From positions 2,416,841 to 2,480,840 of the forward strand of contig OZ253443.1 of NCBI GenBank assembly GCA_965261135.1: 64,000 nucleotides of DNA, given 5' to 3'. The notes under the pieces are model-generated. The model worked only from the letters and a program-made list of their open reading frames with translations, did no database searches and was not told where the DNA came from. Positions 1 to 8,739 of the stretch are shown here, piece by piece. This stretch comes from Acidimicrobiia bacterium. GTDB lineage: Bacteria; Actinomycetota; Acidimicrobiia; Spongiisociales; ZC4RG35. Position 1 is the first letter of the stretch, and each line of letters begins with the position of its first letter. A program made the translations under genes and the position numbers.

Positions 1-2
1 CG

Positions 3-1217
3 GTGGATACCCACTTCCACTGCCGGGCGCCCAGCAACCCCGAGCGGGCCACTTTCGCCTCCGAGTCGCGGGCGGCCGCCGCGGCGGGCGTCACCACGCT
101 CCTGGAGATGCCGATCTCCAACCCGCCATGCAGCACCCCCGAGGTCTTCGAACTCCGACGACAGCTGGGAGAGGCCGAATGCCTGGTCGACTTCGCGCTG
201 TACTCGGGAGCGGGAATAACCGACCCGGCCCGGGCAGAAGCAATGGTCGAGTGCGGGGCGATCGGATTCAAGCTATTCACCCACACTCCACCACCCGAGC
301 GGCTAGTGGATTTCGACGGTCTGTGGGCTTCGGCGCCCGAGGAGATCTACGACTGCCTGCGGACGGTGGGCGCCACGGGCCTGCGTTGCGCAGTCCACGC
401 CGAGAGCCAACAGTTCATCGAACGCTTCCGCGTCGACCCGGACCGCTTCGGGCATCCCTCCCGTCCTCCTCTGGTGGAAGCGGCGGCGGTGGGGCTGGTG
501 GCCACCATCGCCCGGGAACTCGGTATCCCCGCCCACATCGTCCACATCACATCCCGCATGGCTACCGAAGAGGTGAAGGCCGCCCAAGCCCTGGGCGTCG
601 ACCTCTCCGCCGAGTCCTGTCCCCACTATCTGCTGTTCGACGAGTCCCAGATTCCCCGGCTCGGCAATTTCGTGAAAGTGGCGCCGCCGCTTCGCCCGGC
701 CGAGGACGTCGAATTTCTGTGGGGAGCGCTGATCGACGGGTCGCTGTCGGTCGTGGCCTCCGATCACGCCCCATTCACGCCCGAAGAGAAGGCCGCCGCC
801 GACTTCGCCACCTCCGGACAGGGGATTCCCTCCCTGGAGATGCTGGTTCCGACGATGCTGGACGCCGGCCTCACCGGACGGCTTCCGTTGGCCCGGGCCG
901 TGGAGGTGATGACCGCCAATCCGGCCAAGCTGTTTGGCATCTACCCGCGCAAAGGCGCCGTCTCCCCCGGATCGGACGCCGACCTGGTGCTGGTGGACCC
1001 CAAAGCCAGCCTGATTGCTGACTCGGCCCGGTTCCTGAGCCGATCGGGTGGAAGCGGCAAGGTCTATGACGGATTGGACCTTGCGGGCCGCATCCTCACC
1101 ACACTGTCTCGAGGCCGCATCGTGTACGACCAGGGACATGTCACAGAAGGGCCGGGGGGTAAATTTGTCTCTCCGGACGGTCCACCCCTCCCCTTTTCGG
1201 AAACCCTCCCCAGCTAG
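3..1217 (+). CDS. cyclic amidohydrolase (allantoinase/dihydroorotase/hydantoinase superfamily), 5' end outside window
   Basis: Protein opens with metal-ligand motif DTHFH and an AAAGVTTLLEMP segment typical of TIM-barrel cyclic amidohydrolases. ORF begins at nt 3 with no start codon inside the window. Confidence 0.65.
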   Translation: MDTHFHCRAPSNPERATFASESRAAAAAGVTTLLEMPISNPPCSTPEVFELRRQLGEAECLVDFALYSGAGITDPARAEAMVECGAIGFKLFTHTPPPERLVDFDGLWASAPEEIYDCLRTVGATGLRCAVHAESQQFIERFRVDPDRFGHPSRPPLVEAAAVGLVATIARELGIPAHIVHITSRMATEEVKAAQALGVDLSAESCPHYLLFDESQIPRLGNFVKVAPPLRPAEDVEFLWGALIDGSLSVVASDHAPFTPEEKAAADFATSGQGIPSLEMLVPTMLDAGLTGRLPLARAVEVMTANPAKLFGIYPRKGAVSPGSDADLVLVDPKASLIADSARFLSRSGGSGKVYDGLDLAGRILTTLSRGRIVYDQGHVTEGPGGKFVSPDGPPLPFSETLPS

Positions 1218-1381
1218 CTGCAGGTCGGGGATCGCCTCACCGGCGGTTATGCGCTGAGCACGGCCACCAAAGGTAACCCTGACTCTCTTTTCAACGCCGC
1301 CGCGCCGGCCCACCCTCGACCGACAAGCATGTGCTCCTCGCCGAGCCCGACTCAGGTCCTCCCCAACCGGGGAATCGTGGC

Positions 1382-2407
1382 CTACAGTTGGAGGGCGCCT
1401 CTGCGCCAGGCTCTCAGGTAGTTCATGCAGAACTCGTCCCCGCCCAGCAAGGCGTCTTCGGCAATTCGATAGGGCGTCGATTTCCGGTCGGCGGCGAACA
1501 CGGCGGAGAGTGGGTTCATGACCGGGTCGATGATGCCGCTGTCCGCGCCGGCATCGACAGCCAGGTTGATGAACACGGTGTTCATCAACTTCCGGGCCGG
1601 GATGCCGAAAGAGACGTTGCTCATCCCTCCGGTGATATGGATCTCGGCACCGAAACGACTGCGGAGCGTGCGGATCGCGTCGAGGATGTGCATCCCGAAA
1701 GCTCCATCCACGGAGATGGGAAACACCAGGGGGTCCACAAAAATGTCGCATAGTTCGATCCCCGCTCCGAGGGCCGCCTCCACCATCCGCGAAGCGTTCT
1801 CGATCCGCTCGGCGGCGTCCGACGGCATACCGGCGCCGCCAGCGGCCGTGACTATCACCCGTGCTCCGTACTCGACAGCCAGGTCGACTGCTTCCGTCCG
1901 TTCCAGAGACGCGGAGTTGAGCATCGGTCTCCCATCTCCGGTACCGGTGGCTGCCGCCAGACCGGTTTCGATGACGGTGATGTCGGAGGAATCAACCGAG
2001 ATCGGAAGCGTTGTCAACAACTGCACGTAGCCCACCAGCCACGCCATCGCCTGGCGCTGCTCGGCGGTCTTGAGGGATATCTCGTCGACGTTCACGTCGA
2101 GGTAGTGGGCACCGGCCCGTTCCTGGTCAACCACCACCCGCCGGAGGTACTCATAGCCCACCTCCGCCCCCTGGCCGCCAGCCATCGCCGTCTCGACCGC
2201 CAACGCGATGTGCTTGATGCGTCCCTCTTCATAAGCCTGGCTTCCGCGCATGGTCCCCGATATGTCCAAGAGACCCGGAGCGCCGTCCACCGAGACGAAC
2301 TTGACCCCCTCGACTCCCCCGTTAGTGGCGAACCGCCGGCCCTTTTTGAGAACGATCCGACTGGTGTGGACATTCTCGCCGATGACCGTGAACCGCCGGG
2401 GGGTCAT
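1382..2407 (-). CDS. methyl-corrinoid:tetrahydrofolate methyltransferase (pterin-binding domain, MT2 type)
   Basis: 341 aa with FTVIGENVHTSR opening and dihydropteroate-synthase-like TIM-barrel signature. Last gene of the co-directional methyltransferase operon. ATGA overlap with upstream gene at 2404-2407. Confidence 0.65.
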   Translation of the reverse strand: MTPRRFTVIGENVHTSRIVLKKGRRFATNGGVEGVKFVSVDGAPGLLDISGTMRGSQAYEEGRIKHIALAVETAMAGGQGAEVGYEYLRRVVVDQERAGAHYLDVNVDEISLKTAEQRQAMAWLVGYVQLLTTLPISVDSSDITVIETGLAAATGTGDGRPMLNSASLERTEAVDLAVEYGARVIVTAAGGAGMPSDAAERIENASRMVEAALGAGIELCDIFVDPLVFPISVDGAFGMHILDAIRTLRSRFGAEIHITGGMSNVSFGIPARKLMNTVFINLAVDAGADSGIIDPVMNPLSAVFAADRKSTPYRIAEDALLGGDEFCMNYLRAWRRGALQL

Positions 2408-4083
2408 GATCCAACCAGTTGCACCACCGGCCCCGGGCCCGGAAGGGTGGCGGGCATCGGTTTGAACTGGCAGCCTTCGACGAAGATATCAAAGAAATCC
2501 GGAGTGGTCTCCAGTTCGATGTGGGTGACCCACTTGGTCACTTCCTCCGCCCGGCGTCGTTTCTCCTCTGACAGCAAGAGCGCGCGTGCGCCCTCGACCG
2601 CCGCGTTGCCCACCTTGACCACCCGCTCGGCCGCCACCGGCGCCATGAGCCCGATCTCGATGGCGGCGCCCATGTCGAGATAAGTGGCAAACCCTCCCGC
2701 CAGGTACAGCCGCTCGATCTCCGCCGGCTGCACCCCCGCGGTGCGCATCACGATCAACTGTCCGCAGTGGTTGGCGGCCTTGGCTTGGGCCAGGTTGCTG
2801 ATATCCTCACGCGAGAACGTGATCCCCCGATCAGGCACCACGTCCATGGAGAAACGCTTGCGATCATTGGCGAACGCGCCCCGCTCGGTCATGAGCCCAT
2901 GTCGGCGGAGGTCAGCCAGCAGGTCAACCAGCCCCGAGCCGCATATCCCCACCGCAGGCGCCCCACCGATCGTCTCATAGGAGGTGGCGGCGCCGTTCGC
3001 TGACAGCCGGATCGACTCGATGGCGCCGTCGTAGGCTCGCATGCCGTAGCTGACCAGACCACCCTCGAAAGCCGGGCCCGCCGGGCAGGAAGCCGCCCAC
3101 ATGCGGCCCTGATGGCTGAGAATCACCTCGGTGTTGGTACCCATGTCCACCAGCATCTCGGTCCGTCCCCCCTCCCCGAGCCGTACTGTCTCGAGGCACG
3201 CCACCGCGTCGGCGCCCACATGGCTGGCCACCAGCGGTATTCCGTACACCTTGGCATTGCGATTTGCCCGCAGGCCCAGCGTTCGACTGTCGGTCAGGAG
3301 AGCCATGTGGGGACGGCGCCCGGCCAGGTAGTCGTGTTCGGTCAACGACTTGTATGGTTTCTGGCCGATGCTCTGCACGCTCAACCCGAACAGGATGTCC
3401 CGCATGGTGGAGTTGGCGGCGACCACGATCTCGTAGACGTGAGGAGGGCGTCGGCCGGCACGGCGAGCCAGATCCCGTACGCCCTGGTTGATAGCTGCCA
3501 CTGCCGCATTCTGGAGTTCACCACCAACTCCGGGGCGGGCTTCATAGGAGATGCGGTTCATCACGTCGCTGCCGCCGAACCCCTGGGGGTTCTCGAAACC
3601 GGCCACCCCCAGGCTGATTCCCGTCTCGAGGTCCACCAACTCCACAACCACCGTGGTGGTGCCGAGATCCACGGCCAAGCCGCATATCGCGCCCCGGTAG
3701 CGGTCGAGGACCGCATCCCCGTATCTGACCTCGTCGCCGACCCGGGTAACTGCCGGATGGAAATCGCCGGACGTCCGCGCTCGGAGGAGACTACTTTCGA
3801 GAATCCTCGGGCGTCTCCGCAACGGCGCGAATCTGATCGGGAGGTCATCGCGCACCACCCGGGCCTGACACGCCAGGCGGAAATCACCTCGGAGGAAGCG
3901 CTCGGTTTCGGTTCGCTCCGTCAGCCCTCCCATTCCCTCGGTTATCTCCACCACGCATTCATGACACTCCCCCTTGCGCAAGCACGATGTGGGAACCTCG
4001 ACCTCCAGCTTGTCAGCGTGGTCGAAGATGGTTTCACCGACTACGACGGGGCGCGTCTCGGCGCCATGGGAGACGGTGCTCAC
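2404..4083 (-). CDS. RACE-type reductive activator of corrinoid enzymes (2Fe-2S ferredoxin + ASKHA ATPase)
   Basis: N-terminal plant-type ferredoxin Cys motif CLRKGECHEC followed by a long ASKHA/DUF4445-like body. Start re-assigned to GTG at 4081-4083 (VSTVSHG...). The track ORF extends to 4272 only because no stop intervenes. Confidence 0.65.
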   Translation of the reverse strand: MSTVSHGAETRPVVVGETIFDHADKLEVEVPTSCLRKGECHECVVEITEGMGGLTERTETERFLRGDFRLACQARVVRDDLPIRFAPLRRRPRILESSLLRARTSGDFHPAVTRVGDEVRYGDAVLDRYRGAICGLAVDLGTTTVVVELVDLETGISLGVAGFENPQGFGGSDVMNRISYEARPGVGGELQNAAVAAINQGVRDLARRAGRRPPHVYEIVVAANSTMRDILFGLSVQSIGQKPYKSLTEHDYLAGRRPHMALLTDSRTLGLRANRNAKVYGIPLVASHVGADAVACLETVRLGEGGRTEMLVDMGTNTEVILSHQGRMWAASCPAGPAFEGGLVSYGMRAYDGAIESIRLSANGAATSYETIGGAPAVGICGSGLVDLLADLRRHGLMTERGAFANDRKRFSMDVVPDRGITFSREDISNLAQAKAANHCGQLIVMRTAGVQPAEIERLYLAGGFATYLDMGAAIEIGLMAPVAAERVVKVGNAAVEGARALLLSEEKRRRAEEVTKWVTHIELETTPDFFDIFVEGCQFKPMPATLPGPGPVVQLVGS

Positions 4084-4418
4084 CGGTTCCGGTCCTCCCC
4101 GGAACGGCGTCTCCGCCGCTCTGCGGCGTCTCGTTTGATCCTGACGATCTTTTTCCGGGTCCGCTCGTAGGCTCGGGGGTTGGATTCCCAGGCGCTGCGG
4201 TAGTCGAAGGTTCCGTCGTGGCCACAAGAAAGCTCGTTCGAATCGCCGGCCACGGGAAGCTGATTGCGGCATCGGAACAGAGCGGTGCAGAGATCGTGGC
4301 GGTCGCGATACGGACAGCGGGTGAGGGAGGACTCCTCGGCATGGGAAACGATGTCCGAGAAGATCGCAGCCATGCGGTCCAGCCGCTCCTGGTAGGCCTG
4401 CTTTTCGGAGTCGGACAT
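4080..4418 (-). CDS. hypothetical small Cys-containing protein (112 aa) inside the methyltransferase operon
   Basis: ATG at 4416-4418 lies 11 nt after the corrinoid-protein stop. Its TGA (4080-4082) overlaps the GTG of the activator gene (GTGA). Four Cys in CPYRDRHDLCTALFRCRN...SCGHDG. Arg-rich C-terminal tail. Confidence 0.45.
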   Translation of the reverse strand: MSDSEKQAYQERLDRMAAIFSDIVSHAEESSLTRCPYRDRHDLCTALFRCRNQLPVAGDSNELSCGHDGTFDYRSAWESNPRAYERTRKKIVRIKRDAAERRRRRSGEDRNR

Positions 4419-4429
4419 ATCTGTCCTGT

Positions 4430-5179
4430 TCAGTTGACCTCGACGGCTAGCTTCTTGGCCAGTTCCACGCAGGCGAGCGCGTCCTTGCCGTAGCCGTCGG
4501 CGCCCACGTCCTTGCCGAACTCGGGGGTTACCGGAGCGCCTCCAACCATGAACCGCACCGAGCCCCGCAAGCCGGCGTCCTTGAAAGCCTCCACCGTTTT
4601 GGCCATGTTCGGCATGGTCGTGGTCAGCAAAGCGGACATGCCGATCAGATGAGCGCCGTGGGTTTCCACCGCGGCGATGAACTCGCCCGGGGAGGTGTTA
4701 ACGCCGAGGTCAATCACCGCGAACCCACCACCGCGCAGCAGCATGATGCACAGGTTCTTGCCGATGTCGTGCAGGTCGCCTTGTACGGTGCCCATGATCA
4801 CTGTGGCGATGGGTTCAACTCCCGACGCGGCCAGGATCGGCTCGATGTGGGCCATCCCGGCTTTCATCGCCCGCGCAGACACGAGAACTTCCGGAACGAA
4901 CACGTACCCCTCACGGAACTTGATGCCGACTATCCCCATCCCGGCGATGAGCCCATCGTCCATGATCTCACCGGCGCCCACCCCCCTGTCGAGGGCTTCT
5001 CTGGTAAGTTGATCGACGGTGATGTTGTCCCCATCGATCAGAGCAGCGGCGATGTCCTGCATAGCAGGCGACACCCGGCAGAAGAGGACTATGTTCCTCT
5101 CGATCTCTTCGGGCCGCTCGAGGAACTCCTCGATCTCGGAGCGGATGAACTCGTTGGCTATGTCAGATAACTCAGCCAT
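4430..5179 (-). CDS. corrinoid (cobalamin-binding) protein, MtaC/MtvC-like
   Basis: 249 aa. B12-binding Rossmann domain with DxHxxG motif (GDLHDIGKN) and an N-terminal helical cap. Confidence 0.75.
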   Translation of the reverse strand: MAELSDIANEFIRSEIEEFLERPEEIERNIVLFCRVSPAMQDIAAALIDGDNITVDQLTREALDRGVGAGEIMDDGLIAGMGIVGIKFREGYVFVPEVLVSARAMKAGMAHIEPILAASGVEPIATVIMGTVQGDLHDIGKNLCIMLLRGGGFAVIDLGVNTSPGEFIAAVETHGAHLIGMSALLTTTMPNMAKTVEAFKDAGLRGSVRFMVGGAPVTPEFGKDVGADGYGKDALACVELAKKLAVEVN

Positions 5180-5224
5180 GGAATGGGTGGATGGTCGATG
5201 TGTGTGGTTGCAATGGGCGCATCA

Positions 5225-6292
5225 TCACTCCGTTTCAGCCGCCGGTGTCTGCGGAGGAGGATCGTGAACGACTAGCCGACCGTCGGGTCGGTGCGTGTTG
5301 GAGTAGTCGCGGGCCGAGTTTGTCAGCGCCCGGAGCACCTCCATCTTGGTTCCTAGCGGCACCGAGCCCTCCGGGGCGATCCCGTTGACCCCAGATTCGA
5401 GCACTTTCATGCACGCCTCGTAGGTGTCCTCATAAGTGCCGCTGAACAGGGTCGTAGGGTTGTTGATGTTGCCCATCAGCGACATGCGGTCCCCGGCGAT
5501 CTCTTTGGCGACGTAGGGATCGACCTGGGACTCGAAATGGAAACAGTCCCAACCCGCCTCGGCGAAGTAGTCGATCCGGTCGGTCGTCTCCCCACAGCAG
5601 TGAAAGATGCTCGGCCCACCCATTTCGACAGTCACCCCTTTGTGCATCTCGAGGAGAAAATCACGATACGTTTCAGGACTGACCAGCTCCCGGTTGGCGT
5701 GGTCGGCCCACATCACCGCGTCGGCGCCCGCTTCCAGTTGAGCGTGGGCCGACATCATGCATGCGGGAAGCAGCACTTCAAGATAGCGGCGGATCTTGTC
5801 CGGGTCGAGAATCGTATCCATGAGGAAATTCTCGATCCCGACGAGGTGGTACCCCACCGACCAGGGACCGTACACCTTCCCGACGATGCCGACATCGGGG
5901 TAACGCTTCCGGAGCAGTCTGATGGCGCCCAGCGCCGCTTCGAACGACGGCCGTTTCAGGTAGTCGGAAGGGATTTTGAAGTCTTCGGGGTCGGATAGCA
6001 CATGGTCGCTGGTAGCCGGCCAGTTGTCCACGGCTCCCCACCAAGTTGCCGCGTCGAGAGCGTCGGCTTCGAGTTGGGAATGGAATACCGGCATGATCGT
6101 GTCGAGACCGAGTTCTTCGTGGGCGGTGGCCGCCAGGCGGGCCATCTTCTCTGCGTCGAGATGCGCCTCGGGGAACCACGCGTCGGCGATTTCCATTGCA
6201 TCAAGGGTTACCACCGAGCTGAGTGTCATGGCAGGCACCTTGTCGACCCGCCCGCCGTACAGCGCGGACAGGAAACGGCGGCGTGGGGTCAT
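5225..6292 (-). CDS. substrate:corrinoid methyltransferase, uroporphyrinogen-decarboxylase (URO-D/MtaA/CmuA) family, MT1 type
   Basis: URO-D-fold sequence (FHCCGETTD, GIAPEGSVPLGT). Start trimmed to the ATG at 6290-6292 (MTPRRRFLSALYGG). The track ORF runs to 6514 with no intervening stop. Confidence 0.65.
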   Translation of the reverse strand: MTPRRRFLSALYGGRVDKVPAMTLSSVVTLDAMEIADAWFPEAHLDAEKMARLAATAHEELGLDTIMPVFHSQLEADALDAATWWGAVDNWPATSDHVLSDPEDFKIPSDYLKRPSFEAALGAIRLLRKRYPDVGIVGKVYGPWSVGYHLVGIENFLMDTILDPDKIRRYLEVLLPACMMSAHAQLEAGADAVMWADHANRELVSPETYRDFLLEMHKGVTVEMGGPSIFHCCGETTDRIDYFAEAGWDCFHFESQVDPYVAKEIAGDRMSLMGNINNPTTLFSGTYEDTYEACMKVLESGVNGIAPEGSVPLGTKMEVLRALTNSARDYSNTHRPDGRLVVHDPPPQTPAAETE

Positions 6293-6566
6293 CCACTCAC
6301 CGGTGAGCCGGGTGAAGTTCTCACCCCTTCTCTTTATCTTTGCAGGAGAGATAGCCGATCCTTTCCACGCGCTGGCCTCACCCGGACGACAGGATAGGGG
6401 GGTTTTCGAAAAGCGCTTACAGTTGGAGGATAACAACCGGGTGTGCTGCCCAATGACCCCTTGGGGGGAGAATCCCAGAGCTTCAACCTCGGTCTGGGGC
6501 ATCGCGGCGCTCACCCCAACTAATATCCACTAAGAAGCGCTTGCTCAGAGACAAGGAGTAATAACC

Positions 6567-7733
6567 ATGACACATGTCCCCGTATCCCATCTCACTTCGG
6601 ATGCCGAGCGTGCCCGACGCTACGCCGCCCTCCGGGAAGTCATGGCCGGCGCCGGCCACGATGCCTGGGTTATCTGCAGCCGCGGCGACGAGTTCGTGCG
6701 TGGACGGGTCCAGTACGTAAGCGACATCTTCCAGTGGGCGGGCCGTGGCTTCGTGGTGTTCCCCTCCTCGGGCGAGGCCATTTTCGTGGTCGACCCGCTC
6801 TGGGGTACCGGCTACGCCATGCAGGGCAGATGGCTCAACGACTACCGCCAGCCCGACAACGCCGGAGCGGAAATCGGAGCGATCCTTTCCGACCTTGGGG
6901 TGTCCAACGGAACCGTGGGAGTAGTGGGACTGGCCGACATCACCGCCGTTGCGGACTACAACGACATGCGCAATGCCCTCCCCAACGCCACCTGGCAGGA
7001 CGCCACCGACCTGTTCGATGACGTCCGGATGATCAAGAGCCAAGAGGAGATCGACGCCACCTACGAGACCGGCAAGATCGTGCGCCAGGTGTTCAGAGGG
7101 ATAGAGGCGGAAATACGCCCCGGTGTCCAGGAGCTCGATGTCCTCTCCGAGGCGCACCGACTGGCGCGTCAACTGGGCTGCATGGAGGGTATCGCCCTGA
7201 TGGGCCGCGCCCCCTTCGAGTGCTTCGGACCGGGAACCCGCGGAGTGATCGAGGAAGACGACATCATGGTGTTCGACCTGGAGTGGGGAGGCCCTTCAGG
7301 CTACTGGGTGGAGGTTCGCAGGGTGTACAGCTTCAAGCCTCCAACCGCTGAACAGCAGGCGTTCTGGGAGATGCGGGTGGAGAGCTTCGATGCCGTCGTG
7401 CAGGCAATGAAAGCTGGAGAGTCATCCAACACCGTCCTCGACGCTCGCGATCGGGTCTACGAAGCCTGGGGATATCCTTCGGCGAAGGGCATCAACTCCT
7501 ATACCGCCCACGGCATCGGCGTCGACTCCCTGGAACCGCCGTGGATACCGGGGAAGGAGCGGATCATGCAGGAGAACATGATCATCAACACCCATCCGGC
7601 GGTCCGAATCGACGACCCCGTGAAGGGCTCCATGCTGGGCGGGATCAGCATCGCCGACAACGTCCTGGTCACCGCGGACGGTCCGGTCCGGATGGTCGAT
7701 CAGGTCGACGAATGGATCGTGCTCGACTGCTGA
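6567..7733 (+). CDS. M24-family metallohydrolase (Xaa-Pro aminopeptidase/creatinase fold)
   Basis: N-terminal creatinase/prolidase-like domain plus C-terminal pita-bread domain with HGIGVD motif. AAGGAG Shine-Dalgarno precedes the ATG at 6567. Divergent from the methyltransferase operon. Confidence 0.6.
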   Translation: MTHVPVSHLTSDAERARRYAALREVMAGAGHDAWVICSRGDEFVRGRVQYVSDIFQWAGRGFVVFPSSGEAIFVVDPLWGTGYAMQGRWLNDYRQPDNAGAEIGAILSDLGVSNGTVGVVGLADITAVADYNDMRNALPNATWQDATDLFDDVRMIKSQEEIDATYETGKIVRQVFRGIEAEIRPGVQELDVLSEAHRLARQLGCMEGIALMGRAPFECFGPGTRGVIEEDDIMVFDLEWGGPSGYWVEVRRVYSFKPPTAEQQAFWEMRVESFDAVVQAMKAGESSNTVLDARDRVYEAWGYPSAKGINSYTAHGIGVDSLEPPWIPGKERIMQENMIINTHPAVRIDDPVKGSMLGGISIADNVLVTADGPVRMVDQVDEWIVLDC

Positions 7734-7927
7734 GCGCTTTCCCCCTTAAGTAAGAACCCCTCGACCGGCCGAGGCCGGGGCTCAGCGCTCCGGCCTCGCG
7801 TCGCGTTCGGGCGAAGTCTCCACTCCGACCTAGGCCCGCGGCGCATCTGCGCTGCGACATAGCCGTAGTCCGGCAGGTGGTTTTCCGAGGATGGACTTCC
7901 TGCGCCTAAAGGGCGTGAACGCCCCGT

Positions 7928-8677
7928 TCAGTCCGGATAGTTGTAATAGCTCCCTCGGAAATACCCCAGCGCGGGCCGGTCGGTTTCAGCCATCTCCATT
8001 TTCTCCACTTCACCCAGGTAGATAACATGGTCGCCGCCGTCATAGCCGGCGATCACCCGGCACTCGAACCGCGCTATGTAGTCAGAGAGGAGAGGAACCC
8101 CTCCCAAACCCGGCGACCAGGAAACTCCATCGAGTTTTTCTGCCCCGGAGAGATCGCTCCGAGTGAATCGTCGCGACACCGACTCCTGATCCGCCGAGAG
8201 AACATGCACCGCGTAGCGGGTGGCAGTGGACATGATGCGGTAGCTGTTGGTCTCCCGATCGATGCACACCAGAACCAAGGGCGGATCGAGAGAAACCGAT
8301 GTGAAAGAGTTGACCACCAGCGCGGTCGGGACAGAATCCTGATCGATGGAGGTGACCGCGTTAACTCCGGTCATGAACTGTCCGCAGGCCTTTCGGAACT
8401 CGTTGGTGTCTACAACGTCTCGAGCCGAGATTGGCTCATCGCTCTCCACGCTGTCGCCCAACCAACGGATCAGACTACCGACCCGACGAGCCGGAAAAGG
8501 AAGCCTCTCATCACCCTCCACACTGTGACCCAGCCTGCGAACCAGGTGCCCCACCCGACGAGCTGGAACCAAGACCCGCTCTTCCACCCCTATGCCGTCG
8601 CCAAGCTTGCGAACCAGACGCCTAACGTGCTGCGGCGAAGACGGAGATTCCTTGTTCGATTCCATACCGTTCTCCAT
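7928..8677 (-). CDS. flavin reductase (HpaC-like FMN-binding split barrel) with repeat-containing N-terminal extension
   Basis: C-terminal ~170 aa carry FRKACGQFMTGVNAVTS and VLVCIDRETNSY segments typical of NAD(P)H-flavin reductases. N-terminal ~75 aa are three degenerate 22-23 aa repeats. Confidence 0.6.
   Translation of the reverse strand: MENGMESNKESPSSPQHVRRLVRKLGDGIGVEERVLVPARRVGHLVRRLGHSVEGDERLPFPARRVGSLIRWLGDSVESDEPISARDVVDTNEFRKACGQFMTGVNAVTSIDQDSVPTALVVNSFTSVSLDPPLVLVCIDRETNSYRIMSTATRYAVHVLSADQESVSRRFTRSDLSGAEKLDGVSWSPGLGGVPLLSDYIARFECRVIAGYDGGDHVIYLGEVEKMEMAETDRPALGYFRGSYYNYPD
8431..8640 (-). repeat. three imperfect ~66-69 bp tandem repeats encoding the PARRVGxLVRRLGxSVEGDE units
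   Basis: Repeats visible at DNA level (ccgacgagccgg...gcgaaccag... reiterated) and in the protein as VRRLVRKLGDGIGVEE / ARRVGHLVRRLGHSVEGDE / ARRVGSLIRWLGDSVESDE. Confidence 0.55.
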
Positions 8678-8739
8678 CTATTCCTCTCTATTCAGAGTAA
8701 CAGTAGACAAATTGCCATGACAGTTGAAGAGCCCGGAGG

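Noticed and set aside
303-1751. Long antisense or alternative-frame ORFs throughout the track, e.g. 303-1751(-), 3112-4170(+), 9302-10537(+), 11181-12227(+), 23250-24278(+), 26702-28096(+), 40882-42606(+) and 28399-29580(+)
   Set aside because: These are artefacts of stop-codon depletion in ~65% GC DNA. Each overlaps a well-supported gene on the other strand or frame, and their products are Arg/Pro/Gly-rich low-complexity strings without motifs.
6293-6566. Possible cobalamin riboswitch upstream of the corrinoid methyltransferase operon
   Set aside because: The 274-bp divergent leader was read on the minus strand. No B12-box (GCCACTG) or conserved cobalamin-riboswitch core pairing was seen. 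Only short AAGCGCTT repeats of unknown significance are present.
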